64,000 nt of DNA from a candidate division FCPU426 bacterium (GTDB taxonomy: Bacteria; Oederibacteriota; Muellerivitia; Muellerivitales; Muellerivitaceae). The position numbers and the translations under genes were made by a program. This document shows, piece after piece, positions 31,685 to 42,959 of this stretch. The stretch is taken from positions 1,248,001 through 1,312,000 of the forward strand of contig CAWCKJ010000004.1 in assembly GCA_963796105.1 (NCBI GenBank), written 5' to 3'. The notes under the pieces were generated by a model that saw nothing but the letters and a program-made list of their open reading frames with translations, had not been told where the DNA came from and did no database searches. Position 1 is the stretch's first letter. Each line of letters starts with the position of its first letter.

Positions 31685-34600
31685 GTGTCTCGTCCGCTCT
31701 TTATGGATATTTTAAAAGATAAGGTCCTTATCTTTGACGGCGCCATGGGGACCAACATCCAGGCCTATAACCTGAGCCGCGAGGATTTTGGGGGAAAGGA
31801 AGGCCTGAACGACTACCTGGTCCTGTCCAAGCCCCAGGTGGTGCGGGAAATCCACGAAGGGTTCCTCAAAGCTGGCGTGGACGCGCTGGAAACCAACACC
31901 TTCGGCTCCAACCGCATCAAGCTAGCAGAGTATGGGGTCGCGGACCAGATCGTGGAGGTCAATACCGCGGCTGTCAAACTAGCGAGGGAACTCGCCCTGA
32001 AATATTCCACTCCCGGCCAGCCCCGCTTCGTCGTGGGCTCCATGGGCCCCACGGGCATGCTGCCAGCTTCGGAGGACCCGGACCTGGGCAAAGTCACGGT
32101 GGACGAGCTGGAAGCTGTTTATTACGAGCAGGCCTAGTATCATGATCGACGCTGGCGTAGACGCCTTACTGATCGAGACCAGCCAGGATATCCTGGAAAT
32201 GCGAGCCGCGGTTTTCGGATGTCACCGCGCCCGGCAGGAGAAGAAAGCCGGCGTCGCGCTCATGGCGCAGACCACCCTGGACACGACGGGCCGCATGCTT
32301 TTGGGAACCGACATTGGCTCGGTTCTTTCCACCTTTTCCCGGCTTCCCATCGATGTGATCGGAATGAACTGTTCAACCGGCCCTAAGGAAATGAAGGACC
32401 CGGTCAGGTATCTTTCCCAGTTTTCGCCTTTTCCCATTTCCACCATTCCCAACGCGGGCCTGCCTGAGAACCGGGGGGGCCACGCGGTGTACCCCCTGAC
32501 GCCCGAGGCCCTAGCCGCCGCCCTCAAGGAATTCGTGGAGGAATACGGCGTCAGTGTGGTAGGGGGCTGCTGTGGCTCCACCCACGAGCACATGAGGCAG
32601 GTCGTGGCCGCCATCGGACGGCGGGCCCCCAAGAAGCGCGCCCTCACGCACCTTTGCGACGTTTCCTCCATGATTAAGGGAGTTTCCATGGATCAGGACC
32701 CCAAACCCTTGATCGTGGGGGAGCGGGTCAACGCCCAGGGGTCCCGCAAGATCAAGCAGATGCTCCTGGCGGAAGATTACGACGGGATGGTGGTGGTGGG
32801 GCGGGGCCAGGCCGAAGGCGGGGCCCACGTGCTGGACGTTTGCGTGGCGGTGACCGAGCGCACCGATGAGAAGGAGCAGATGAAGAAGGTCGTGAAAAAG
32901 ATGGCGCTCGGGGTAGACACCCCCCTCATGATCGACTCCACCGAGGCGGAGGTGGTGGAGGCCGCCTTGAAGACCTATCCGGGCAGGGCCCTCATCAATT
33001 CCATCAACCTGGAGGGGGACGGCTCCCGGGTGCGGAAATTCTGCCCCCTGGCCAAGAAATACGGCGCGGCCCTGGTGGCCATGACGATTGACGACCTCTA
33101 TTACGACAAGTCCAAGTCCCAAGAAAAGGGAATGGCCAAGACCGCGGCCCGAAAGCTGGAAGTGGCCAAGAAGATCACCGAAATCTGCGTGACGGAGTAC
33201 GGCATTCCCGCCGACGACCTGGTGTTCGACGCGCTCACCTTCACCCTCGCCACCGGCGAGGAGGAGTTCAGGAACTCGGCGGTGGAAACCCTGGAGGGCA
33301 TCCGGCTTATCAAAAAGGAAATGCCGGGGGTGAGGACGATCCTGGGCGTTTCCAACGTGTCCTTCGGGCTGGCCAAGCCCGCGCGCGAAGTCCTCAATTC
33401 CGTCTTCCTGTACCACAGCGTGAAGGCGGGACTGGACCTGGCGATCCTGAACCCCGCGGACATCAAGCCCTACTCGTCCATCCCCGAGGAGGAAAGGCGC
33501 CTGGCGGACGACCTGGTTTTCAACAAGGAGCCCGACGCCCTGGCCAAGTTCATCCAGCATTTCGCCGGGAAGGCCCCTGTGGAAAGCCAGGGGGGCAAGC
33601 GACCCCACCGAGGGCATGACCCCCGCGCAGAAGGTGCATTGGAAGATCGTCAACCGCAAGCCCGACAAGATCGAGGAGGACCTCTCCGAGGTGCTGAAGG
33701 GAAAAAGCGCCGTGGACACCCTCAACACCGTCCTGCTTCCCGCGATGAAGGAAGTGGGGGACAAGTTCGGGGCCGGGGAACTGATATTGCCCTTCGTCCT
33801 GCAATCCGCCGAGGTCATGAAAAAGGCCGTGAGCTACGTGGAGCAGTTCCTGTACAAGAACACCTCCGCCAGCAAGGGCAAGGTAGTCCTGGCCACGGTT
33901 TACGGGGACGTGCACGACATCGGCAAGAACCTGGTGCGGACGATCCTCGCCAACAACGGCTTCACGGTGCTACGACCTGGGCAAGCAGGTGCCCATTTCC
34001 ACCATCATCGCCAAGGCCCAGGAAGTGAAGGCCGACGCCATCGGGCTCTCGGCCCTGCTGGTCGTGACCTCCAAACAGATGCCCATTTGCGTGCAGGAAT
34101 TGGAGAAGATGGGCCTGTCCTACCCCGTGGTGGTGGGCGGCGCGGCCATCAACCGCCGTTACGGCTACCGCATGAGCTTCGTGGACGGCGAGCATTTCTA
34201 CGAGCCGGGGGTTTATTACGCCAAGGACGCCTTCGAGGGCCTGGATATCCTCAACGCCCTGTCGGACCTAGCCAGCCGGGAAACCTTCCGCAACCGCATC
34301 AAGGAGGAAGCCTTGAAGTCCAAGGCCGCCGGGTTCGCCGAGGTGAAACAATCCGAGGAGGAAGCCACGCCTGAGAAATTTCCTCCCACGGTGAAGCCGG
34401 CCTTGAGCATCCCGAAGAACCCCTTCGCGGGGACTTCCATCATCAACAAGGTGCCATTACGGGAAATTTGGCCCTACCTGGACCTGACCCAGCTTTACAA
34501 GCTCAACTGGGGGGTAAAGGGCAAGGATTCCGAAGAATACAAGAGCCTCATCAAGGCTCAGTTCGAGCCCATGCGCTTGAAAATGCAGGAGGAGAGTCTT

Positions 34601-35163
34601 GGCCAAGGGCTGGTTCGAGCCCAAGCTGGTTTACGGGTTTTTTCTGGCCAACTCCGACGGAAACGACCTGCTTATATATGAAGGCAACAGCCAAGAAGGA
34701 ATTGGAACGGTTCGGATTTCCCCGCCAGAGGGTGGGAAGGCACCTATGCCTGTCCGATTATTTCAAGAGCGTCTCCTCGGGCGAGAAAGACGTGGTGGCT
34801 TTCCAGGTCGTTACTATCGGCAATAAGGCCACCGAGATCGTGGAACAGTTGAACAAGGATGGAAAATACTCCGAAAGCTACTATTTACACGGGTTGGCGG
34901 TGCAGACGGCGGAAGCCATGGCGGAATGGATCCACCGCAGAATCCGGAAGGAATGGAACCTGCCTATCGGGCAAGGGAAACGTTATTCGCCGGGCTACCC
35001 AGCCTGCCCCGAGCAATCCGACCAGGAGAAATATTTCAGGCTCCTAGACACAACGAAAGCCATCGGCGTCACCCTGACGGAAGCCTTCATGATGGTGCCG
35101 GAACAGTCCACAAGCGCCATCGTGGTCCACCATCCCGAGTGCGAGTATTTCGCGGTTAGATAA
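31685..35163 (+). pseudogene. metH: B12-dependent methionine synthase, interrupted by five +1 frameshifts (possibly sequencing artefact)
   Basis: DGAMGT, GMNCSTGP, GGCCG, GERVNAQGS, DVHDIGKNLV, GLSALL and RYSPGYPACP are spread over successive frames. Confidence 0.9.
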
Positions 35164-35213
35164 GTGGGAGTCTCAATTAACAATTTGTATTTTATGTCCA
35201 AGGGAGCTGAATC

Positions 35214-35390
35214 ATGAAAAACGTGGAAATGAAAGTGGATGGCAATATCTTGACGATCAAGGTGGACCTGTCGAAGGAATACGGCCCGTCCGCCTCCGGA
35301 AAGACCACCATCATCGCTTCGACTGAGGGCAACATCTCGGTTCCCGAGCGCAATGAAAAAGTGGGTCTGAACGTTTATATAAAGAAATAG
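35214..35390 (+). CDS. Small conserved-type hypothetical protein (58 aa), below the ORF-track cutoff
   Basis: MKNVEMKVDGNILTIKVDLSKEYGPSASGKTTIIASTEGNISVPERNEKVGLNVYIKK*; GGGAG RBS; host-like codons. Confidence 0.8.
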   Translation: MKNVEMKVDGNILTIKVDLSKEYGPSASGKTTIIASTEGNISVPERNEKVGLNVYIKK

Positions 35391-35414
35391 CCCTATTCCC
35401 AAGGCTGGGTTCTA

Positions 35415-37571
35415 TTGTCCCAAATATCCAAAAAAGATTTTATCCGCAAGAATCCCAATCTCCCCGTGGAGGAATTATCCCTTCAAACGGGATTGAGCCA
35501 CCGGCAGGTCCGGAAGATCCTCGAACGTTTGAAAGAGAGGGTGCAATCCGCCGCGCCGGACCATCACGGCCCCTCCGTGAACCAGCGCTGGCTTTGGACG
35601 ATGGCGCTCATACCTGTTTTTCTCACGCTTTTGTTTTACTTTCCCGTCCTCCGGAATGAGTTTTCAAATTGGGATGACGCGGAAATCATCACAGAAAACC
35701 TTCATATCCGTTCCCTGAATTTCGCCAACCTTTCCTGGATGTTCTCGGATCTCCGGTCTGGGAACTGGATGCCGCTCACCTGGCTTTCCTTCGCCCTGGA
35801 TTACCGCTGGGGCGGGCTGAACCCCATGGCCTATCACCTGGATAATCTTTTGATGCATGCCCTTAATACCTTGCTGGTGTTTTTTCTGGGTTTCCGCTTG
35901 TTGAACCTGGCAACTTCAAAGATGAGCCAGTCCGGCTTGGCTTTTTCCGGGAATGGAGAGGTAACCGCGGCCTTTCTGGCCGCGCTTATTTTCGGCCTTC
36001 ATCCCATCCATGTGGAATCAGTCGCCTGGGCGACGGAGCGGAAAGACGTACTGTACGGATTATTTTTTCTCCTGAGCCTTTTGACATACCTTGATTACGT
36101 TTCCTCGCGGGATCAAAAAGCGTCCAAATATTACGCTTGTTTGGGTTTCTTTTTATTGTCACTGACGGCAAAACCCATGGCCATGACGCTTCCGGTTGTT
36201 TTGCTACTGCTGGATGCCTGGCCGCTGGACAGGTTTCCAGTGAACCGCTTTAAGTTACTGATGGAAAAAGTCCCTTTCTTTCTCCTTTCTTTCCTTTCGG
36301 GTTTGTTGGCTATTGCCGCGCAGGCGCAAGCCGGCGCCTTGTCGGGGCTTCAACACTTAAGTCCCGCTTTCCGCTTCATGAACGCGCTCCACTCGCTGGT
36401 TTTTTATTTGGCCAAATTAGCCTTCCCAATCCGTTTGGCGGCTTATTATCCGCTGCCATCCGAGACTGAAGTTTTCTCCGCCGAGTATCTTCTCGCGGGA
36501 ATATTAGTTGTGATTATTACATTATCTTGTTTTTATTACCGCCATAGGCTCCCCTATTTGGCAGCGACATGGTTGTTCTATTTGGCCACGATCACTCCAG
36601 TGATAGGCCTCGTTCAAGTTGGAAGCCAGGCGGCCGCGGACCGATATACCTATATCCCCACATTGGGCTTCATCCTTCTTTTCGCGGCCGGTGCGGTTTT
36701 TTTGTTTCAAAGTTTCCAATTTGCCGGAGCTTTGGGAGCCATGGCTTTGACGATGGGGTTGGGTTACGGCACCCACCTTCAGGTGGAAACTTGGGGAACG
36801 CCGGTCAAACTTTGGGAAAACGTGGTTCGGGTTTATCCGGGCGTCAACGAGGTGGCTTATTGCGACTTGGCGAATGCCTACCGCGTGGCTAACCGGCTGG
36901 ACGAGGCCCTGAAAGCCTATGATCAGGCGATTTCCCTGAAGCCTTCCAGCCTCGTGGAGCATGAGGGAAAAGGAATCGTCCTTTTCGGCTTGGGGAAGGC
37001 GAAGGAATCCATCGAGGAATTCAAGAAAGCCATCGAGTTGGACCCCCAGTCCGCCTCGCCCCACCGCGACCTATGGCTGGTTTATGACCGCATGGGCATG
37101 AGGAAGGAAGAATTGGAGGAGGCCGAAGAGGCGGTCAAGATGGAGCCCGATTACGTGGATGCCTACAACAGCCTGGCGATCAGTTACGGGTACGCCGGCC
37201 AATATGAAAAGTCGATCGAGGCTTTTCAAAAGGCCCTCAGGATCGATCCCGGGAACCCCCAGTTCCTCGTGAATTTGGCCACCACCTACCAGCGCCTGGG
37301 GAAATATGAGGATGCCATCGAATTATATAAAAAGGCCATCGGCCGGGATCCCAGCCAGCCCGTTTATTACCTCAACCTGGGGAACACCTATCTGCTACGG
37401 AAAAGTTACCCGGAGGCGATCGAGGCCTTGGAGCAAGCCGCCAACCTCCAGCCGGAAAATCCCGCCATCTTCAAGAAGTTGGCGCAGGTTTATGAAAAGA
37501 ACGGGCAGAAGGAGAAGGCGGCCGAGAATGAGGCCAAGGCCATGAGTTTGGAAAAACCGGGACAACCCTGA
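35415..37571 (+). CDS. TMTC-like GT-C membrane glycosyltransferase with TPR repeats
   Basis: WDD in the first loop, WMPLTWLSFALD, HPIHVESVAWATERKDVL, ADRYTYIP, then a C-terminal TPR array. Confidence 0.85.
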   Translation: MSQISKKDFIRKNPNLPVEELSLQTGLSHRQVRKILERLKERVQSAAPDHHGPSVNQRWLWTMALIPVFLTLLFYFPVLRNEFSNWDDAEIITENLHIRSLNFANLSWMFSDLRSGNWMPLTWLSFALDYRWGGLNPMAYHLDNLLMHALNTLLVFFLGFRLLNLATSKMSQSGLAFSGNGEVTAAFLAALIFGLHPIHVESVAWATERKDVLYGLFFLLSLLTYLDYVSSRDQKASKYYACLGFFLLSLTAKPMAMTLPVVLLLLDAWPLDRFPVNRFKLLMEKVPFFLLSFLSGLLAIAAQAQAGALSGLQHLSPAFRFMNALHSLVFYLAKLAFPIRLAAYYPLPSETEVFSAEYLLAGILVVIITLSCFYYRHRLPYLAATWLFYLATITPVIGLVQVGSQAAADRYTYIPTLGFILLFAAGAVFLFQSFQFAGALGAMALTMGLGYGTHLQVETWGTPVKLWENVVRVYPGVNEVAYCDLANAYRVANRLDEALKAYDQAISLKPSSLVEHEGKGIVLFGLGKAKESIEEFKKAIELDPQSASPHRDLWLVYDRMGMRKEELEEAEEAVKMEPDYVDAYNSLAISYGYAGQYEKSIEAFQKALRIDPGNPQFLVNLATTYQRLGKYEDAIELYKKAIGRDPSQPVYYLNLGNTYLLRKSYPEAIEALEQAANLQPENPAIFKKLAQVYEKNGQKEKAAENEAKAMSLEKPGQP

Positions 37572-37597
37572 AATTAAGAAGTTCGCGGAGGAATAAA

Positions 37598-38041
37598 ATG
37601 CCTGACCTTCAAACCATGATCCAAGAAAACCGCGAGGAACGGGAGAGGCTTTCGGCATTGATGGCGGGCCTGAAAGACGGGGATTTCGGGCGCCGCCTGC
37701 CCAACGGCTGGTCCGTGACCGTCACCCTGGCCCACCTGGCCTATTGGGATCTTTACCAATGGAATCTGCTGAAACGCTGGCTGGCTGAAGGAGGAAAACC
37801 CGCGCAAGGAGTAACTGACTCCCGCTACGTGAACGACCCTTTAAGCGTCCTTTCCGAATCCATTTCACCCCAGGCCGTGGTCCTTCTGGCGGCGGACGCG
37901 GCCGAGGCCATTGACCGGATGGTGGAGAGACTTACCCCAGCCCAAGCGGAAGAATTGCTGAAGATGGGTTTGGAGCGAACCCTTCACCGGGCGCTGCACC
38001 GGCGAAATCACCTGGAAAAAATCGAAAAGGCCCTCAGGTAG
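37598..38041 (+). CDS. DinB/MDMPI-N superfamily protein
   Basis: GWSVTVTLAHLAYWD and C-terminal HRRNHLEKI. Confidence 0.75.
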   Translation: MPDLQTMIQENREERERLSALMAGLKDGDFGRRLPNGWSVTVTLAHLAYWDLYQWNLLKRWLAEGGKPAQGVTDSRYVNDPLSVLSESISPQAVVLLAADAAEAIDRMVERLTPAQAEELLKMGLERTLHRALHRRNHLEKIEKALR

Positions 38042-38059
38042 TACCCTGATTTAAAACCG

Positions 38060-39583
38060 TCAGGGTTTCTCTTTTTGAAATTCCACCGGTTTGTCGGGCT
38101 TGGGGATGACCTGTAGTGTCCAAGGACGGGTCACGGACTCGGTGACCGTGGAATCATCCGCCGGTCCTTCCACCTTCCAATGGACGACCCACTGGTCCCC
38201 GCCCTGGTCCAAGCTGGTCATGTTGACGGAGTAGCCCCCCGTCGGCTCCTCGCCCGCCTGCATGAAGACCACCGCCTGGTTGTCGAAATCCAACTTGGGC
38301 GCCGGTTCCTCGGGGCGCAGGAACTTCCAGGTTTCCTGGAGCGTCTTGGAATCGGTGATCAGTCCCGCCTGCTCAACGGTGGATATTCCGTTATCCCCGC
38401 TATAAACCGAGGCGGGCCCGGCTTGAACCGCCCTTCCCGTGGCCGCTGGAACCGCCTCCATCGTCAAGCCCGAAGATGAGGTGATCGCGGGTCCCATCTC
38501 CTCGCTGTAACCAGATTCGGGAGGAGGTGGAAGTTCCTTGCTGGTATCCGGGGGAGCTTCCTCCTTCACCGCCGAATCCAGAGCCGCCGGTGCCGGTGAT
38601 TCCATCGCTTTCTTGGCAGCCGGCTTGGCGATGTTTATAGCCATTTTCTTGGACGCGGGCAAAGCCGCCACCACCATAGGTTGGCCCGCGGAGGCTGTCT
38701 CCGAGGCTCCCGGGATGGTGTTGGTGGGAAGGAAGAGTTGGGGCGATTGCAGGCCGCCGGAAGCCTCGGCCTTGTTCTCCTGTTCCATGGGAAGGGAGGC
38801 CATCGGGGCTGAAGAGGGGGCGAGATCTTTCGACACGCCTGTATTCCCTTGCGAAGGGAGTTCCTGGGGGGAGGATTCGTCAGGGGCCTTCAAGCGGTTC
38901 ATGGCAAAGACTGTTTCCCCCGGGGCCTCCCCGGCGGGAGCTTCTTTGGCATAGGCCAGGACCTCAGTGTTTTCCTCCATGTGCCGGACCGCCTTTTTCT
39001 TGGCTCGCATGGCCATCATTCGAACGGGACGCGCGGATCTCTGAGGGGCCTGTTCCATATAGCCTGCTTTTTCATAAGGAGCTGGTTTATTCATGGCCAA
39101 GACCGTTTTGGTTTTATCGGTTTGATCCGCCGACTGGGCCTGGGAAACCGATTCATTGCCCTCAGCCGTTACCTGGGGGCTGGCCACTTTCGCCGATTCC
39201 CACAAGCCCGGGTTCAAGGCTATGACCAACAAGGCAACCAATCCCGAGGCGGCAAGGGCCCAATAGGGAAAAAATTGGAACTTTCTCTTTAAGGGACTGA
39301 AGACAGGTTTTATGGGGCCGGCTGGAGCGGGAGCCGGTTTTTTCTCGGGAACAGGCTTCTTCTCCTCGACGACAAAGTCCATGATTTTCCTATGAAGGTC
39401 GAGCGGGGCATTCGGCTCAGGCAGTCCCGCCATGGCCTCGAATAGGACCTGCACGGATTCCAAGTCCTGCTGGGCCTCGGGGCAGATCTTCAGATGGGCT
39501 TCCACCTGGTCCCTCCGCGCGGGAGAAAGGGATTTTTCCGCGTAAAAAGGGATCAGGGGATGGATCTTCTCGCAGTCGCTCAT
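38060..39583 (-). CDS. Anti-sigma factor (zf-HC2-like) with TM helix and C-terminal PrcB-like domain
   Basis: CEKI...HLKICPEA, one TM helix, C-terminal GEEPTGGYSV...VTESVTRPW; start overlaps the sigma-factor stop. Confidence 0.8.
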   Translation of the reverse strand: MSDCEKIHPLIPFYAEKSLSPARRDQVEAHLKICPEAQQDLESVQVLFEAMAGLPEPNAPLDLHRKIMDFVVEEKKPVPEKKPAPAPAGPIKPVFSPLKRKFQFFPYWALAASGLVALLVIALNPGLWESAKVASPQVTAEGNESVSQAQSADQTDKTKTVLAMNKPAPYEKAGYMEQAPQRSARPVRMMAMRAKKKAVRHMEENTEVLAYAKEAPAGEAPGETVFAMNRLKAPDESSPQELPSQGNTGVSKDLAPSSAPMASLPMEQENKAEASGGLQSPQLFLPTNTIPGASETASAGQPMVVAALPASKKMAINIAKPAAKKAMESPAPAALDSAVKEEAPPDTSKELPPPPESGYSEEMGPAITSSSGLTMEAVPAATGRAVQAGPASVYSGDNGISTVEQAGLITDSKTLQETWKFLRPEEPAPKLDFDNQAVVFMQAGEEPTGGYSVNMTSLDQGGDQWVVHWKVEGPADDSTVTESVTRPWTLQVIPKPDKPVEFQKEKP

Positions 39584-40155
39584 AACCACTCCTTCAGTTT
39601 CTCCCGGAGAAATACCCGGCCCCGGGCAATCCGGGACTTGACCGTGCCGGTACTTATTTTCAATTCCTTGGAGATTTCCGAGTAATTCAAGCCCTCCAGG
39701 TCCCTCAGGATCACGGCTTCCCGGAAGTCCGGCGGGAGCATGTGCACCGCCTCCTGGATGGCCTTGTTCAAGTTTCCCCTTTCTATCTCCTGGGCTGTGA
39801 GGGTTTTGGGATCGACCGCCCGGTCAAAAAGGGACAATCCCTCCGCGGCCTTGTTCACGGTTTCCAACACCTGCACCTTTTCGCGGTTTTTCGCCGACCG
39901 GATCGCGTTACGGCAATGGTTCACGGCGATGGCGTATATCCACGTGGAAAGGGAGCTATCCCCCCGGAACCCGGAAAGGGACCGATAAACCCGGAGGAAT
40001 ATCTCCTGGCAGGCGTCCGTGGAATCGACCGGATCGTTCATGAACCGGAAGGCGACGCGGTACACCATTTTCTCAAAGGCCCGAACCAGTTTCTCGAAGC
40101 CTTCGTCCCCGCCGAGGGCGTCCTGGACCATCTTTTTCCCTGTTTCCCGGTCCAT
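39580..40155 (-). CDS. ECF RNA polymerase sigma-70 factor (start uncertain)
   Basis: DACQEIFLRVY, STWIYAIAVN, LRDLEGLNYSEIS..GTVKSRIARGR. Confidence 0.93.
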   Translation of the reverse strand: MDRETGKKMVQDALGGDEGFEKLVRAFEKMVYRVAFRFMNDPVDSTDACQEIFLRVYRSLSGFRGDSSLSTWIYAIAVNHCRNAIRSAKNREKVQVLETVNKAAEGLSLFDRAVDPKTLTAQEIERGNLNKAIQEAVHMLPPDFREAVILRDLEGLNYSEISKELKISTGTVKSRIARGRVFLREKLKEWL

Positions 40156-40501
40156 TACGCCAGGAATCTTCATATTCAGGGGAACCGACAGAAGCGCCTG
40201 GAGGGCTTCCCCTAGATTGGACACCCATCGGGGCAAAAAGTTCCCGGAAGGGAAACCGATGGGATAAGCCGGGGTCAGGGAAAACATTCCGGTATTTTAA
40301 CAAAGGTTTTGAATTTCAGTCCTTGAATTGAATCGATCCCTCTCAACCGGAATATCCCTTTAAAGCCAAAGAGAACAGGGTGATAGGCCAATATTGCCTA
40401 TTAATTACGCGATTTCCCGCTTTCCGGAGCGGCATTCTTTTTCCGGGAACTTTTTAAGACCAGGTGGTTCTAACTCTTCAAAGCAGTAAACACCAAGGAG
40501 G

Positions 40502-42181
40502 ATGAAAATGAATAGGAATATTGGTTGGATCTTTTGTATAGCCCTGGCCTGGGGCTGGACCGCCCCGGGGTTCGGGGAAGTGACGGCTGTGACCCATCCC
40601 AGGCAGGTCACGGTTTTCCCGGATAACGCCCGGGTGACCCGGGAGGGGTCGCTGGAACTTAAGGCCGGTCCCCAAAAGGTGGCTTTTCCCGACCTGCCCG
40701 CTTCGGTGGTCGGATCGTCCCTGAGGCTGACGGTCGAGGGGCCCCGGGGCACGAAACTTTACGGCGTGAACCTGCGCAATGACTTCACCTCCGACGTGGT
40801 GGAGGAACGAACCCGCGTTCTGAGAAACAAAATCCAGGGATTGGAGGACCAAAAAACCGATCTGTCCGACCAGATCGAGTCCAGGAAAACCGAGGTTGAG
40901 CTTCTCAAGGAGCTGGGTAAGGAAGGCACCCACACCGCCACCATCCAGGGGCCCGCCCATCCCGAGACCCTAATGGATTTCACCCATTCGGCGGACGCCG
41001 TCGGGAAGAGGATCGCCATTTTGACAGCCGCCAACCGGAAGGACGAAAGAGCCGCCAGGAGCCTGGAGGGACGCGTCCAGGCCCTGAAGAACCAGCTATC
41101 CGAAGGGAGCGCTCCGGCCCGCGAGAAACGCGTCGCCGAGGCCGACCTGGACCTGCCGGAGGCGGGGACCGTGCGATTCGTACTCGACTATCAGGTGTCC
41201 GGGGCCTCCTGGACGCCGCTCTATGACCTGAGGCTCAACACCGAGGGCGAGAAGCCGGGCTTGAACCTGGACTTCAACGCGGGCGTGCGCCAGAACACAG
41301 GCGAGGACTGGAAGAATGTCGCGCTCACGCTTTCCACCTCGCGGCCCACGGAAGGAACCCAGGTGCCGGACCCCACCAACTGGTGGCTGGACTTCCGGAA
41401 TTTCGCTCCAAAGCCTATGTCCAATACTTTCGGAACTTTGGGTTACGCGCGGATGGATAAGGAGGAGCGAAACAAGTTAAAAGCCGCCGATGTCGCCGCG
41501 TATGCGCCGCCGGCCCCGGCCGAGGTCGTCGAGGCGGAAACCGTCAGGTCCGAGTACGCAGTTTCCTTCTCCATTCCGGTCCGCCGGGATGTCCCTTCGG
41601 ACGGGTCCGAACACCGGGTGGGAATCGCGCAAGAGTCACATCCCGTCAAGCTGACCCTGGTGGTGGTGCCGAGGCTCTCCCAGGCGGCCTACCTGGAAGC
41701 CAAGATCACCTATAACGGGGAGCAGGCCCTCTTGCCCGGCAAAGCCCAGCTTTTCCGGGATGGGGATTTCGTAGGCGCGGCCTCCTTGTCCGCCAAGGCC
41801 CCGGGCGAGGCTATCGAGTTGGGTTTCGGCCAGGACAACCAGGTTCATGTCGAAAGGAAAGCCGTGAAGGACCTGGCGGGCAAGGCCGGAGGCCTTTTCG
41901 ACTTCAATAAGGGCGAGCGCCAATACCGGTGGATCACCACCATCGCCAACTACCACCAGGGAAACCGGTCCATCGTGGTGCGGGAACAACTGCCGCGGTC
42001 CCGGCAGAAAAACATCGAGGTGGAATCCGGCGACCTGATGCCCAAGCCGGAAAAGGAGAACCCGGACAAACCCGGGCTGGTTTGCTGGAAACTAGATTTG
42101 AAGCCCAAACAAAACCAGAAAATCGACTTCTCCTACAAGGTGAAATACCCAGCGGGTATCGAGGTGGAAGGATTGGAATAA
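40502..42181 (+). CDS. DUF4140/DUF4139 (MuiA-like) secreted protein
   Basis: VTVFPDNARVTR, ASWTPLYDLR, QNTGEDWKNVALTLSTSRP, LLPGKAQLFRDG. Confidence 0.88.
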   Translation: MKMNRNIGWIFCIALAWGWTAPGFGEVTAVTHPRQVTVFPDNARVTREGSLELKAGPQKVAFPDLPASVVGSSLRLTVEGPRGTKLYGVNLRNDFTSDVVEERTRVLRNKIQGLEDQKTDLSDQIESRKTEVELLKELGKEGTHTATIQGPAHPETLMDFTHSADAVGKRIAILTAANRKDERAARSLEGRVQALKNQLSEGSAPAREKRVAEADLDLPEAGTVRFVLDYQVSGASWTPLYDLRLNTEGEKPGLNLDFNAGVRQNTGEDWKNVALTLSTSRPTEGTQVPDPTNWWLDFRNFAPKPMSNTFGTLGYARMDKEERNKLKAADVAAYAPPAPAEVVEAETVRSEYAVSFSIPVRRDVPSDGSEHRVGIAQESHPVKLTLVVVPRLSQAAYLEAKITYNGEQALLPGKAQLFRDGDFVGAASLSAKAPGEAIELGFGQDNQVHVERKAVKDLAGKAGGLFDFNKGERQYRWITTIANYHQGNRSIVVREQLPRSRQKNIEVESGDLMPKPEKENPDKPGLVCWKLDLKPKQNQKIDFSYKVKYPAGIEVEGLE

Positions 42182-42190
42182 AGGCGAATA

Positions 42191-42228
42191 AAAAAAGGCC
42201 GGGAGGATTTTCCTTCCCGGCCTTTTTT
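42191..42228. terminator. Bidirectional intrinsic terminator
   Basis: aaaaaaggccggga...tcccggcctttttt between convergent genes. Confidence 0.85.
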
Positions 42229-42246
42229 ATTGTATGTTCCCGGTTT

Positions 42247-42876
42247 TTAGTTGTACTTCACGTGGCAGCCGTAGGGGGAAGTGGAGGAGATGGAAACCTT
42301 CTTATTTTTTTCGAGGGCTTCGGTCAATGCCCGGTTCACATAGTTCACATAGGGCTCGCCGGTTTCAGTCTTGGTGATTTCCTCATCCACGCGGGGGGCG
42401 TTGTCGATGGCGCCGTCGTAAATCAAGATCCCCTTGGGGTCAATGATGAACATGTGGGGAGTGGTTTTGGCGTCATAGGCGCGGCCGATCACGCCCTTGG
42501 GATCCAGGATGGAGGCCGTGACATGGGCGCCCGTATTTTGAACGTCCTCGTTGGCCTCGGGCGCCGTGACGTAGCCTTCTTTTTTGGGCGCGGAGGAAAT
42601 CACCGTGAACCATTGGACGCCTTTCTTGGCCCATTTGGCCTGGAGTTTCTGCATCTTGCCCTTGTACTGGCTCACCACGAAGGGACAATTTTGGTTGTGC
42701 CATTCCAATACCACGAATTTGCCCTTCAACTGGGAAAGTTTATACTGCTTCAAGTTGCTGGACGTCCCGGTGAAATCCGGGGCGGATGACCCCACTTTGG
42801 CCGCCTGGGCCGGGGTCCATAATCCCAAAACCGCCAAGGCCAGGATTGTTCCCAATGCTTTTTTGATCTTTCCCAT
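42247..42876 (-). CDS. Secreted redoxin/AhpC-TSA-like thioredoxin-fold protein
   Basis: APDF, VVLEWHNQNCPFV, YDAKTTPHMFII, YDGAID, PYGCHVKY. Confidence 0.88.
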   Translation of the reverse strand: MGKIKKALGTILALAVLGLWTPAQAAKVGSSAPDFTGTSSNLKQYKLSQLKGKFVVLEWHNQNCPFVVSQYKGKMQKLQAKWAKKGVQWFTVISSAPKKEGYVTAPEANEDVQNTGAHVTASILDPKGVIGRAYDAKTTPHMFIIDPKGILIYDGAIDNAPRVDEEITKTETGEPYVNYVNRALTEALEKNKKVSISSTSPYGCHVKYN

Positions 42877-42959
42877 CTTTTTTCTCCTTGAGTTTTTTTA
42901 CAGGTAAAATACGAATCCAGCCTAACCGATCCTCAACCGTTAAATAAAGACGCCATTAT

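Noticed and set aside
32135..32137. TAG read-through (pyrrolysine or recoding) in metH
   Set aside because: The downstream sequence is in the +1 frame, so the TAG results from an inserted base.
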